This document shows positions 40,165 to 49,061 of a stretch of DNA of 64,000 bases, one piece after another. The DNA is from Pseudomonadota bacterium. Lineage in GTDB: Bacteria > Bdellovibrionota > Bdellovibrionia > Bdellovibrionales > Bdellovibrionaceae. The stretch lies in contig JBEGVH010000040.1 in assembly GCA_041178425.1 (NCBI GenBank), forward strand, positions 114,998 to 178,997, written 5' to 3'. The notes under the pieces were generated by a model that ran no database searches, had not been told where the DNA came from, and was given only the letters and a program-made list of their open reading frames with translations. Within the stretch, counting starts at the first letter, position 1, and every line of letters starts with the position of its first letter. Both the position numbers and the translations under genes were made by a program.

Positions 40165-41279
40165 GCTTGCATCTCGCTTTCAGAAACGGGTTTAAACTGA
40201 ATGTGGTTTTGATCGAGTGCGGCCTGTAAATCAAGCATCAAACGAATCTGGTCGCTGGGTTCGATATAGCCCATGTGACCAATTCGAAGAATTTTTCCTT
40301 TGAGTTGATCTTGGCCACCCATGATGGTGATATTAAATTCCTTCTCGAGGGTGGTGCGAACCTTTTGGCTATCTGAGCCCTCAGGAAGATAAAAGGCAGT
40401 GATGGAATCGGCTGGTGCTTGAGCTAGAAGTTTGAATCCCATTTGCGTAATGAAATGACGAGTGAACTCCGCTCTTTTTCGAATTTCTGCAAAATGCTGG
40501 GAGAGGCCCTTTTGCAGAATTATTTCAAGAACGACATCGAGCGCTTTGACGAGACTCACGTTGGAACTGAACCAAGACTCTCCTCGGCGGTTGGCTTTGT
40601 CCTCTTCGCGAATGTCCATGTAGTATCGTGGGGTCGTGACGTGCGGAATTGTTTTCCATGCTTTTTCTGAAAAGCTCAAAAAACTCATGCCGGTTGGTAG
40701 CATGAACGCTTTTTGGGAGCCCGCAACCAAGCCATCGATATGCCATTCATCCATGGGCACAGGAAACGCCCCGACGGCGGTGATGCCATCAACCAAAAAA
40801 AGAATGTCGGGATAATTTTTGATAATTTCACCGAGGCTTTTGAGTGGGTGTTTAACAGCGGTGCTCGTCTCGCAGGCTTGGCAGAAAACGGCACGAAGAG
40901 GGTATTTCTCGAGGTAGGGAACGATCTGCTCCGGAGTCACCGCCTCGCCCCAAGGAACTTTTAGCTCGTGAACCTTAAGTTGAAAGGCCTTGCCCATTTC
41001 GACCCAGCGCTCGCCAAATTTTCCAGAGTTGATAATAAGAACTTCATCACCCGGATTGCATGTGTTCACCATGAGACACTCCATTCCTCCGGAGCCCGTG
41101 GTGGTGAGCATATATACCCGTTGCGTCGTTCCAAAAATGCTTGGTAATCTCTCTAAGACCTTCTTGAAGGTTAGATCAAAGAGTGGCGTGCGGTGGTGAA
41201 TCATTGGTTCGCTGAGAATTTCTCGCACTTTAGGGTGAAGATTGACGGGGCCTGGTGCTAATAATAAATAGGGTTTCAT
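40149..41279 (-). CDS. Class V PLP aminotransferase (serine-pyruvate/alanine-glyoxylate family)
   Basis: LAPGP, HHRT, ETST, VDG, GSQKAF (PLP Lys), RIGHMG. Confidence 0.9.
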   Translation of the reverse strand: MKPYLLLAPGPVNLHPKVREILSEPMIHHRTPLFDLTFKKVLERLPSIFGTTQRVYMLTTTGSGGMECLMVNTCNPGDEVLIINSGKFGERWVEMGKAFQLKVHELKVPWGEAVTPEQIVPYLEKYPLRAVFCQACETSTAVKHPLKSLGEIIKNYPDILFLVDGITAVGAFPVPMDEWHIDGLVAGSQKAFMLPTGMSFLSFSEKAWKTIPHVTTPRYYMDIREEDKANRRGESWFSSNVSLVKALDVVLEIILQKGLSQHFAEIRKRAEFTRHFITQMGFKLLAQAPADSITAFYLPEGSDSQKVRTTLEKEFNITIMGGQDQLKGKILRIGHMGYIEPSDQIRLMLDLQAALDQNHIQFKPVSESEMQAWLKS

Positions 41280-41337
41280 AACTCGCAGCTCTTGTTATAG
41301 TGTTTTGTGAGCAGTTTCTTCAATTTATGAAACAAGT

Positions 41338-41895
41338 TTGAGGGGTTTGCCAGTGAAAGCTTGGATTTTGCTTATTTTCTTTTGTGCATCGTGTGCCTAT
41401 CGGCAGGGTGCCCCTGAGCGAACTATTCCTGGAGGCTATCGACAAGTTCGTGTGCCTATGTTCAAAAACTTAAGCCAAGAAGTCGGCATCGAGACCTCAT
41501 TCACTAACGCAGTGATCGATCAATTAGCGCAATCTCGGGTAGCGCAATTAAGTCCGGAGGCGGAGGTCGATGTGAGTGGAACCATAGAAAGTGTTCAGTA
41601 TTATCCTTCTGGAAACGTCCAAATCGGTAAAATTGGAAATGATCAAGTTGTTCGCGCCACTGATTATCGAGTTGTTATCGTTATGGAGATGTCGGTAAAA
41701 AAAAGAAGTGATGATCAGACCCTATGGACAGGAAAATTCACGGGGCAAAGGACTTTTTCGGCCGCTCAAATTTCTGCTCCTGTGGTTAATAGCGCAAACC
41801 CGCTTTACAATTTGTCTGCACGTCGTAGAAATATCGGGGAGCTAGCCATCGACATGGCGGCTCAAGCGACCGATAAAATGACTGAAAATTTTTAG
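41338..41895 (+). CDS. lptE: LPS assembly lipoprotein LptE-like
   Basis: Lipobox CASC-AY, FKNLSQEVGIE; directly upstream of holA. Confidence 0.7.
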   Translation: MRGLPVKAWILLIFFCASCAYRQGAPERTIPGGYRQVRVPMFKNLSQEVGIETSFTNAVIDQLAQSRVAQLSPEAEVDVSGTIESVQYYPSGNVQIGKIGNDQVVRATDYRVVIVMEMSVKKRSDDQTLWTGKFTGQRTFSAAQISAPVVNSANPLYNLSARRRNIGELAIDMAAQATDKMTENF

Positions 41896-41903
41896 GGAAC
41901 ACG

Positions 41904-42902
41904 ATGGCAACGATCGATATTCAACAGGCAATGCGAGCCATTGGTCAAAAACAGATCGACCCCCTCTATCTTTTGATCGGAGAAGAAAGATATTTTTCTG
42001 AGAGATGTTTGGCGCAGCTTCGTCATACTTTGGTGAGTGAAGATCTGCGGGAGTTCAACGAGGACCTTTTTTATGCCTCCGATGTAAATATTGAAAAAGT
42101 TATCGACTCTCTCCAGACTTTTCCGGTGATGGCCGAGAAAAGATTGGTCATTTTAAAAGAAGCCCATTTATTGACTGAGAAATCATGGGCCCAATTGGAT
42201 GAGATCAAAGAGTTGAATAAGGATACAACTGTTTTTGTGATTTTGGCTCATCAACTCGATAAGCGTAAGAAATCTATCAAAAAGTGGGTCGACTGGGGGA
42301 CTGTCATCGACTGTGTTACGCCTCAAGAGGCCTCTCGTTCAGGATGGATTCGATCCATGGCCAAAGAAAAGGGTTTAGAGCTTGATAATGAATCTCTCGG
42401 GTATATGGTTCAGATGGGAGCCAATACGTTAGAGGAACTTGATCGTGACTTAGATAAACTGTTTTTGTTTTTTGGCGAACCACGAAAGATCACTATTGGT
42501 GATGTGGCTCGAGTGCTTGAGCGATCAAGAGAAGAGAGCATTTTTTCATTGGCGGAGGCCGTCGCTAAAAAGGATCGACCGCAAGCCCTTTTTCTCTTTC
42601 ACCGATTACATGCTCAAGGTGAGAGCGAAATAGCTTTGGTCGCATTAATTGCTCGCCACCTTCGAATTTTACTCAAGTTAAAAGAAGCCCAGTCTTTGGG
42701 CTTAAAGGGACCTTCGCTCGCGCAAAAAGTGGGGGTTAATAATTACTTTTTATCTAATTATGTACAGCAAAGTTCTCTATGGACGGAAAAATCTCTGGCC
42801 GCTGCCCTCATGTCGTTGGCGGATATCGATCGTCAACTCAAGTCTTCGTCTTTGGCTCCGGATTTGTGGCTAGAGCAGTTTTTGCTTTTCGTGGCTCGTT
42901 AA
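41904..42902 (+). CDS. holA: DNA polymerase III delta subunit
   Basis: YLLIGEE, TFPVMAEKRLV, LDKRKK, DLDKL, IDRQLKSS. Confidence 0.92.
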   Translation: MATIDIQQAMRAIGQKQIDPLYLLIGEERYFSERCLAQLRHTLVSEDLREFNEDLFYASDVNIEKVIDSLQTFPVMAEKRLVILKEAHLLTEKSWAQLDEIKELNKDTTVFVILAHQLDKRKKSIKKWVDWGTVIDCVTPQEASRSGWIRSMAKEKGLELDNESLGYMVQMGANTLEELDRDLDKLFLFFGEPRKITIGDVARVLERSREESIFSLAEAVAKKDRPQALFLFHRLHAQGESEIALVALIARHLRILLKLKEAQSLGLKGPSLAQKVGVNNYFLSNYVQQSSLWTEKSLAAALMSLADIDRQLKSSSLAPDLWLEQFLLFVAR

Positions 42903-42918
42903 TCAATCTATGAGTTTT

Positions 42919-43278
42919 TTAAACAAAGGGTTCGTTGTTCGTTCGAGCCGAAATAAAAGCTCGTATTCGTCGCTTATCTCCAATGGGGAGAGGCAGAAAT
43001 TGGATGCCAAGTAAAATGGGATGAGGGCCTTCATTGGATTTTTTGCTATTTCTAATCTCTCCACGGAGAGAAATCATTTCGTCGCCAGGGATTTTAAAGG
43101 TCACGACCACACCGGATTCGATTGGCAGAGAGCTTGGCCAAAAGAACGACATGCCTCCTTCGCCGAGAGAGCGTGCCTGAGTCACCATATACTGGCCCCG
43201 ATAGAGCACGCCGACCGTACCCGTAAACAGGCGGCGAGGGTACTTTCGCTTAAAGGTTGCCGATTCTGCTGCGCTCAT
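42919..43278 (-). CDS. Stand-alone PilZ domain protein
   Basis: KRKYPRR, SLGEGGM, LGIQF. Confidence 0.8.
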   Translation of the reverse strand: MSAAESATFKRKYPRRLFTGTVGVLYRGQYMVTQARSLGEGGMSFFWPSSLPIESGVVVTFKIPGDEMISLRGEIRNSKKSNEGPHPILLGIQFLPLPIGDKRRIRAFISARTNNEPFV

Positions 43279-43284
43279 ACTTCC

Positions 43285-43311
43285 CTATCGGCAGAAGGCC
43301 ACCTTTAATTA
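43285..43311 (-). promoter_or_regulatory. Putative sigma28 (FliA) promoter
   Basis: Minus strand TAAT-N15-GCCGATAG, ending 6 nt before the PilZ ATG. Confidence 0.55.
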
Positions 43312-43334
43312 AGTCCCAGAATTAAAGACCAAGG

Positions 43335-43366
43335 TGGGTCCTTTGGGGACTGGGTCCTTTGGGGAC
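43335..43366. repeat. Exact 16-bp tandem duplication TGGGTCCTTTGGGGAC x2
   Basis: Read directly; each unit holds a GTCC/GGAC mini-hairpin. Confidence 0.85.
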
Positions 43367-43505
43367 GGAGCTTAATCGATTAGCAATCGAGTGAGGATTG
43401 ACTTAGTTTTCTCTATGTACATGAAATAACAGGATTAAATTAACTTTTGAGGAGAAGTTTTAAAGGCGCTGAGTGTTTGAGGGCGAAGAGTGCAGGATTC
43501 AAAAT

Positions 43506-43543
43506 AAAAAAAGCACACCGACAATGCCTGGTGTGCTTTTTTT
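43506..43543 (-). terminator. Intrinsic terminator of rpsT
   Basis: A7-GCACACC-N10-GGTGTGC-T7. Confidence 0.88.
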
Positions 43544-43571
43544 GAAGTCTAAAAATCTTTTACGCAGACTC

Positions 43572-43838
43572 TTACTTCTCGAGTTGAGAAATCTTAGCGG
43601 CAATACGAGATTTTTTACGATCAGCGTGGTTCTTAGAAACAACGTTTTTTTTCGCAGCGCGATCGAGGAAGCTAACGAAAGCCTTGTAAAGTTCTTTAGC
43701 TTTAGAAAGATCCTTGAGGCCAAGAGCGCTAACAAGCTTTTTTTCAATCGTTTTTACACGGCCTTTACGAGCTGTGTTTACAGCGTTACGGCGAACTGAC
43801 TGACGAGCTCTTTTTTCTGCTGACTTATGATTTGCCAA
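43572..43838 (-). CDS. rpsT: 30S ribosomal protein S20
   Basis: MANHKSAEKRARQ...N.ARK...KN.ADRKKSR; TTG start with GGAGG RBS. Confidence 0.96.
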   Translation of the reverse strand: MANHKSAEKRARQSVRRNAVNTARKGRVKTIEKKLVSALGLKDLSKAKELYKAFVSFLDRAAKKNVVSKNHADRKKSRIAAKISQLEK

Positions 43839-43936
43839 GGTAAAACCTCCGGAATAGCCTTAAATAATAAAATTTGTTCACAAACGAAGCATAGGGGATA
43901 ACACAGGCCTCCTTAGACTGCAACAAAAAGGTTATT

Positions 43937-45577
43937 ATGAATCAGCAAAGTATTGAAGTTACACACCAAGAGGCCAAAAAAAATGTCGTAATTCACGCTC
44001 TTAGCATGGCCTTGGGAACCCTTTCTAGTCGCGTTTTAGGGCTCGTTCGGGACATGGCTTTTGCCGCTCTTTTTCCAAGGGCGGTAACTGATGCATGGAC
44101 CGCCGCATTTCGGCTACCAAATCTCTTTCGACGCCTTTTAGGGGAGGGGTCGCTCTCCATTAGCTTTATTCCTGTGTTTGTTGAGGCAAAATTGGGGGAT
44201 GATCAAAGTCACACTCATCAGGCCTCTAATCTTGTGAATGGCTTTTATACCTGCCTGTTATTGGTTCTTACTTTGTTGACGGCCGGTGGTATCATTGCTG
44301 CGGAGGCTGTTCTCAAGGGGCTCTTAGATCCTGCCTATGTTGCTAATACCGAACAGTTTTTGCTCACGGTTCGAATGGCCAGGATTATGTTCGGATTCAT
44401 TTTTCTGATGAGTCACTTTGCCTATTTTATGGGTATTCTCAATGCTCTGGGTGAGTATTCCTTACCCGCGATGGCTCCTGTTTTTTTTAATGTCGCAATG
44501 ATTGCGTCCACAGTGGTTCCTGCCGATTGGTTCACGAGTCCCGGCGATGGTTTAGCCTGGGGTGTTTTGCTTGGTGGAGTGTGGCAGACGGGTGTTTTGG
44601 TGCCTGCTCTCATAAAGAAAGGCTATTTGCCTCGACCTACCTTGAATTGGAATGTGCCAGGGGTGATGCGGGTTTTTAAGAGTATGGCGCCAGGGCTGAT
44701 TGGGACCGGGTTATTGCAGATCACTACCTTAATAAATCTTCGTTTTGCCAGCCGACTTGGAGAAGGATCAATTTCTTATATCTATTGGGCGGATCGGCTC
44801 TTGGAGCTTCCGCTGTCTTTGGTGGCTGTGAGTTTAGGGACCGCACTTTTGCCCACCCTTTCAAAAATGTGGTCCGAAGGTCACAGATCAAAGCTATTAG
44901 AAACGTCACAGCACTATCTGCGCCTCAATTTGTTTGTTTGTTTGCCGGCAGCGGCGGGCCTTTATTTTCTCTCAGAGCCGATCGTCGAAGTGCTCTTTAG
45001 AAGAGGTCGTTTTTCTGAGGCCGACGTTCAGGCTACGGCCATGGTGGTTAGTATTTATAGTTTTATCTTAATTGCCTCGAGCAGCGTAAGGGTTTTGGTT
45101 CCCATTTATTACGCCATGAAGAATACTTGGTGGCCGGCAACCGTGGGTGCAATCTGTTTGGGAGTTCACATTGTAGTGGCGCCATTTCTCATGGATCGAT
45201 GGGGATTGGGAGGACTTGTGTCATCGTCTTTTGTTAGTGCGAGTCTCAATTTTATTTGTTTAGCTGTACCTATCCGTTGGTGGATAGGGTCCTTCGGGTG
45301 GGGCAGTGTCGCCTCTAGTTTTTTTAGAAACCTATTCGCTTCGGTAGTGATGGGATGGATTGTGTTCTTTATCAATCAAGCCCTTCGACCTCACCTGGGC
45401 ACGGGAGAAGTGGGGCGACTCGCCAACCTCATCATTAGTATTACTGTGGGTGTTCTATTTTTTGTGGCGGTGGCTCGAATTTTACGATCTGAAGAAATGG
45501 AAACAACTTTTAAGACGCTAAAAGATAAAATTTCGAGAAGGTTTGGTAATTCGAAAAAGTTTGCTCAGTTCAAATAA
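43937..45577 (+). CDS. murJ: Lipid II flippase
   Basis: SRVLGLVRD, AFRLPNLFRRLLGEG, YWADRLLELP; divergent from rpsT as usual. Confidence 0.96.
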   Translation: MNQQSIEVTHQEAKKNVVIHALSMALGTLSSRVLGLVRDMAFAALFPRAVTDAWTAAFRLPNLFRRLLGEGSLSISFIPVFVEAKLGDDQSHTHQASNLVNGFYTCLLLVLTLLTAGGIIAAEAVLKGLLDPAYVANTEQFLLTVRMARIMFGFIFLMSHFAYFMGILNALGEYSLPAMAPVFFNVAMIASTVVPADWFTSPGDGLAWGVLLGGVWQTGVLVPALIKKGYLPRPTLNWNVPGVMRVFKSMAPGLIGTGLLQITTLINLRFASRLGEGSISYIYWADRLLELPLSLVAVSLGTALLPTLSKMWSEGHRSKLLETSQHYLRLNLFVCLPAAAGLYFLSEPIVEVLFRRGRFSEADVQATAMVVSIYSFILIASSSVRVLVPIYYAMKNTWWPATVGAICLGVHIVVAPFLMDRWGLGGLVSSSFVSASLNFICLAVPIRWWIGSFGWGSVASSFFRNLFASVVMGWIVFFINQALRPHLGTGEVGRLANLIISITVGVLFFVAVARILRSEEMETTFKTLKDKISRRFGNSKKFAQFK

Positions 45578-45610
45578 AATATGTTTAAAAAGAAACAAGG
45601 GGGCGATGCA

Positions 45611-46105
45611 ATGAGATTAGTTAGTATTTTTGTGGGGGGATTTTTATCTTGCTCTGTTGCACTGTTTGCACGGTCGGCCAACGCACAGTCATTTAGCGAA
45701 CAGACACCCAGTGAAATCAATCGTTCGGTTGAAAAAACTTTTACAACCAAAGAGTCAACCGTTGAAATTCAAGGCCGAAAGTTTCGCAAAATCCAAATTC
45801 AGAAAGAGTCCTATTATATCGAAACTGTCGATTCCAAACAGGCCAATGCCGATATTCGCGTGTTGTGTCAGCAGGGGCAAAGTCAATTTCTTCCCAACCA
45901 GGCAGAGGTCGGGGTGAAAACGGGCAAGCGCTCCGCGGTAGTCATCGAAGGGATACGTCAGGTGTGTAAGGAGGCTCAAGGGGGGCGACGAGAAATTGCT
46001 TTGGATCCGGCCTTAATGGCTGGGTTACAGCTGCAGGTGGGTAAAGAAAAAAATAAGAAAATTATCGTCAGTCCCATCGGTTTGACCTTCAAGGCAGACT
46101 GGTAA
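45611..46105 (+). CDS. Secreted hypothetical protein
   Basis: Signal peptide ending ANA-Q; two Cys; ends TFKADW. Confidence 0.6.
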   Translation: MRLVSIFVGGFLSCSVALFARSANAQSFSEQTPSEINRSVEKTFTTKESTVEIQGRKFRKIQIQKESYYIETVDSKQANADIRVLCQQGQSQFLPNQAEVGVKTGKRSAVVIEGIRQVCKEAQGGRREIALDPALMAGLQLQVGKEKNKKIIVSPIGLTFKADW

Positions 46106-46196
46106 AGAGCCAGGCGTGAAACTAGACCATAGTTTCATCTCTTCATTTGGAGTTTGGAATCGGTGAAACAACTCATTATTCTATTTTTGAGGAGAG

Positions 46197-46685
46197 GTGA
46201 ATCCTATGCAGGCTAAAGTGACTGGTGGAAAATATGAATTCTATGTTGAAGGTTCCATAGGTGAAAAAAACGCTCTTTTTGATTATGTGATTAAAGCCCC
46301 AACAGAAATTCTTGTTGATATGGATAAAGTCACTGTTATCAATTCAATCGGTGTCAAAAACTGGATCAATTGGTGCCTTAAGGTTGGTCCGAGCCCCAAA
46401 TTAGAACTTCAAAAATGCCCCTTTGTGATCATAAGCCAAGTGAATATGGTGTTTGGATTTCTTCCAAAACATGCACGAATCAATTCGTTTTATGCACTCT
46501 ATGCTTGCGGTTGTCGGGCTGAGGAAAAAGTACTTTTTGAACGAGGAAAACACTTCAAATACGCAGAGAATGGCGTGAAGGCTTGGTTTGACTTTCCAGA
46601 AGAAGTTCCTTGCAAAAAGTGCGGAAAAACGATGGAAGCTGATTTTTTTCCAGAAAAAATCACAAAGTTCTTAACTCCCGAATAA
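46197..46685 (+). CDS. STAS-like protein with C-terminal Zn-ribbon; paralog of 112-597
   Basis: VDMDKVTVINSIGVKNW, CP..I.QVNM, YACGC...CKKCG. Confidence 0.72.
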   Translation: MNPMQAKVTGGKYEFYVEGSIGEKNALFDYVIKAPTEILVDMDKVTVINSIGVKNWINWCLKVGPSPKLELQKCPFVIISQVNMVFGFLPKHARINSFYALYACGCRAEEKVLFERGKHFKYAENGVKAWFDFPEEVPCKKCGKTMEADFFPEKITKFLTPE

Positions 46686-47092
46686 GGGGCCTTCGAGATT
46701 GATTCAACTCAAGTCTTCCGGCCTCGAATTTTTTGTTCTTCACCGTAAGCAACAAAAGCTAGACAGATAATTCCTAAGACCGTGGCGCCGTACATGGCCG
46801 TGAATATGCCACGAATTACGTCTATGAAAATGCAGTCGCCACCTTCGAGCCTCAAAGCCCGATGAAGAAAGTCGTTATTCGGGTCGGTGGAGGGGAGGGG
46901 GAGAAGGGTATTTTGGCAATCTAAAGGCTCCCGCGAACGTGATGTGTTGGCCGTGCCATTTTTTGGCACCCACTGGGGTTATTTTTCATGGGAGGCGGGG
47001 GTTGATTGTTAAATAAACAATGTTTGATTAGTATGAGCCTCCGCAGGTGACCCCATGCCACCAAACAATCGCCAAACCTTTGGAGGTTTCAA

Positions 47093-47467
47093 ATGAAAGC
47101 CAGATTGATTTTTTTAAGCATCACATTTTCCCTGTTAACACTGCTTTCAATGGCCGTTGCTCGCGCCCAGCCACTGGGAACTTTGGGTCTAAAAATAAAA
47201 GTAAAAACGTCTGCATTTTATTTGGCCGAAGTGGCAAAGGCCAAAAAGCTTGGTCATTCTTTTTGGTGTGAATCGGTCGCTGAAGAATTAAAGAGCCAGA
47301 ATTACTCTTCGTTGACGCAATATCCTTCCGTTTATTCTATGGTCGTTTTGGATTGCCGGTATAATCCCCATGATGGTCTTGATTCTTATCGCATGATCGG
47401 TTTAGCCACATTTGCGAATGAAGAAGTGGTGGGCTTTTCTGTTGCTAATGTTCATCAGCCAGATTAA
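47093..47467 (+). CDS. Secreted hypothetical protein
   Basis: GGAGG RBS, signal peptide ending ARA-Q, two Cys. Confidence 0.55.
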   Translation: MKARLIFLSITFSLLTLLSMAVARAQPLGTLGLKIKVKTSAFYLAEVAKAKKLGHSFWCESVAEELKSQNYSSLTQYPSVYSMVVLDCRYNPHDGLDSYRMIGLATFANEEVVGFSVANVHQPD

Positions 47468-47505
47468 GTCCTATAGGCTCAACGATCAATTTGGGTGGGG
47501 GCCTA

Positions 47506-48036
47506 ATGAAGATTGAATTCGCTGATGCACTTTTATCGCAAGTTAAAGAGATCGCTCATCTGGTGAATGGCGCTTATCGTGGTGAAGGTTCCAAGATTGG
47601 TTGGACCACCGAGGCCGATCTACTCGATGGCCAGCGTGCCGATGCAGGCCTCATCGCGGCTTTAGTTAATCCTCCAGACTCAAAAATTCTTTTAGCCATC
47701 AGTCAAACATCTCAGCAAGTGATAGGCTGTGTGCATCTTGAAAAACGAAATACCATTATGTATTTGGGAATGTTGGTCGTGATGCCAGGCTTGCAAGCGC
47801 AAGGACTTGGTAAACAGATGATCGTTGAAGCGCAAAAGCAGGCCCATCTTTGGGGGTGTGATGAAATTGAAATGTCAGTTTTATCGGTACGAGCGGAATT
47901 GATCGCTTGGTATGTCAAACAAGGATTTATGCTCACCGGCGAACGGAAGCCATTTCCGTCCCACGATCCTCGATTTGGAATTCCTAAGGTTTCGAATCTT
48001 GAATTTGTGATTTTAAAAAAGAACCTAGCTCGCTAA
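47506..48036 (+). CDS. GNAT family N-acetyltransferase
   Basis: VNGAYRG..GWTTEA, QAQGLGK acetyl-CoA motif, LIAWYVKQGF. Confidence 0.9.
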   Translation: MKIEFADALLSQVKEIAHLVNGAYRGEGSKIGWTTEADLLDGQRADAGLIAALVNPPDSKILLAISQTSQQVIGCVHLEKRNTIMYLGMLVVMPGLQAQGLGKQMIVEAQKQAHLWGCDEIEMSVLSVRAELIAWYVKQGFMLTGERKPFPSHDPRFGIPKVSNLEFVILKKNLAR

Positions 48037-48053
48037 GGACGTTCAAAAACACT

Positions 48054-48875
48054 TCAGTTGGGTTCAAGCTCCCTATCAATAAAGGTTTTAATGGTAGAGC
48101 CGTTCGTAAAAATACTTTGCGTACAATCTGGGGTGCCGCGACTTGTGATACCAACAAGGTAAAGACCATCTGGCGTTTTGATGAACGCTGGGCCCCCTGA
48201 ATCTCCTCGGCAAACACCTGTTCCATTGAATTGATCAATGGAGAACTCGCTCGTCGAATAATGAGGGTTTGTGATGTCGACGATGGCCCATCGTAGGACC
48301 CCTGAACCCTGGGGTTCCTGATTCTGGAAATAGCCAAAACCAACAACCCAAACCGGCATTCCTGTACCAATCACGTCCATGAATTCAAAAACCTCGATCG
48401 GGTTATAGTCGCCAGGAAGCGGGTTGGCTATTTCAACGAGCGCCAAATCAGATCGATTATGTGGGGCTATAGGATCATAATCGGGATGAATAATGACATT
48501 TTTCAAACGATCAAAAGGGCTGTCTGAACGAAAAGTGGTATCAAAAAAAACAAAGTGATTGGTGATAGCGCCGAGAACGCAATGAGCAGCAGTAATAAGG
48601 TGACGAGAGTTGATCACCACGGCTGTGCAAATTGTTTGGCGCTTTTTATCGAATAATCCAACCGTGTGTTTTCGAAGGCTGGAAAACGCTCTGACATTTT
48701 CGCCTCTCAAAATATAGTGAGCGTCTTGGGGTGGAGAAAGTTTTGAGGCAAGTGAGGTGAGAGAACGAAGTTGGCCGCTAGGTGGTGCCGACGCGGGTGC
48801 GCATTGGGTGATCCCCAAAAATAATCCAACCGCGACAATACACAGTAAAAAGAACTGAAGGTGTCGAAGAATCAA
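48054..48875 (-). CDS. Secreted trypsin-like (S1) serine protease
   Basis: TAAHC, DLAL, CRGDSGGP; signal or lipoprotein-like N-terminus. Confidence 0.92.
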   Translation of the reverse strand: MILRHLQFFLLCIVAVGLFLGITQCAPASAPPSGQLRSLTSLASKLSPPQDAHYILRGENVRAFSSLRKHTVGLFDKKRQTICTAVVINSRHLITAAHCVLGAITNHFVFFDTTFRSDSPFDRLKNVIIHPDYDPIAPHNRSDLALVEIANPLPGDYNPIEVFEFMDVIGTGMPVWVVGFGYFQNQEPQGSGVLRWAIVDITNPHYSTSEFSIDQFNGTGVCRGDSGGPAFIKTPDGLYLVGITSRGTPDCTQSIFTNGSTIKTFIDRELEPN

Positions 48876-49005
48876 AAAAACCCCTTTGAAGCGTTACCAT
48901 GACTTACCTTGGAACTGGCTCGCTGAACAAAGGGCTAATTTGAAAAAGAAATTTTTTTAGGTTTGAATCTTTTCGAATGTCCATGGTCTTGAGGATGGAA
49001 TCGAT

Positions 49006-49037
49006 AAAAAAAACGGGGAACCGTTGGTTCCCCGTTT
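49006..49037 (-). terminator. Intrinsic terminator
   Basis: AAACGGGGAACC-gtt-GGTTCCCCGTTT with an A-run on the left. Confidence 0.88.
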
Positions 49038-49061
49038 GAGTAATCTCAACAATAGGACGAC

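Noticed and set aside
43335..43366. Possible CRISPR repeat
   Set aside because: Only two 16-bp units, no spacer, and no cas genes.
46709..46969. 86-aa minus-strand ORF with one hydrophobic C-terminal segment
   Set aside because: GTG start without a clear RBS and no recognisable motif; it could be a small membrane protein or remnant but I cannot support it.
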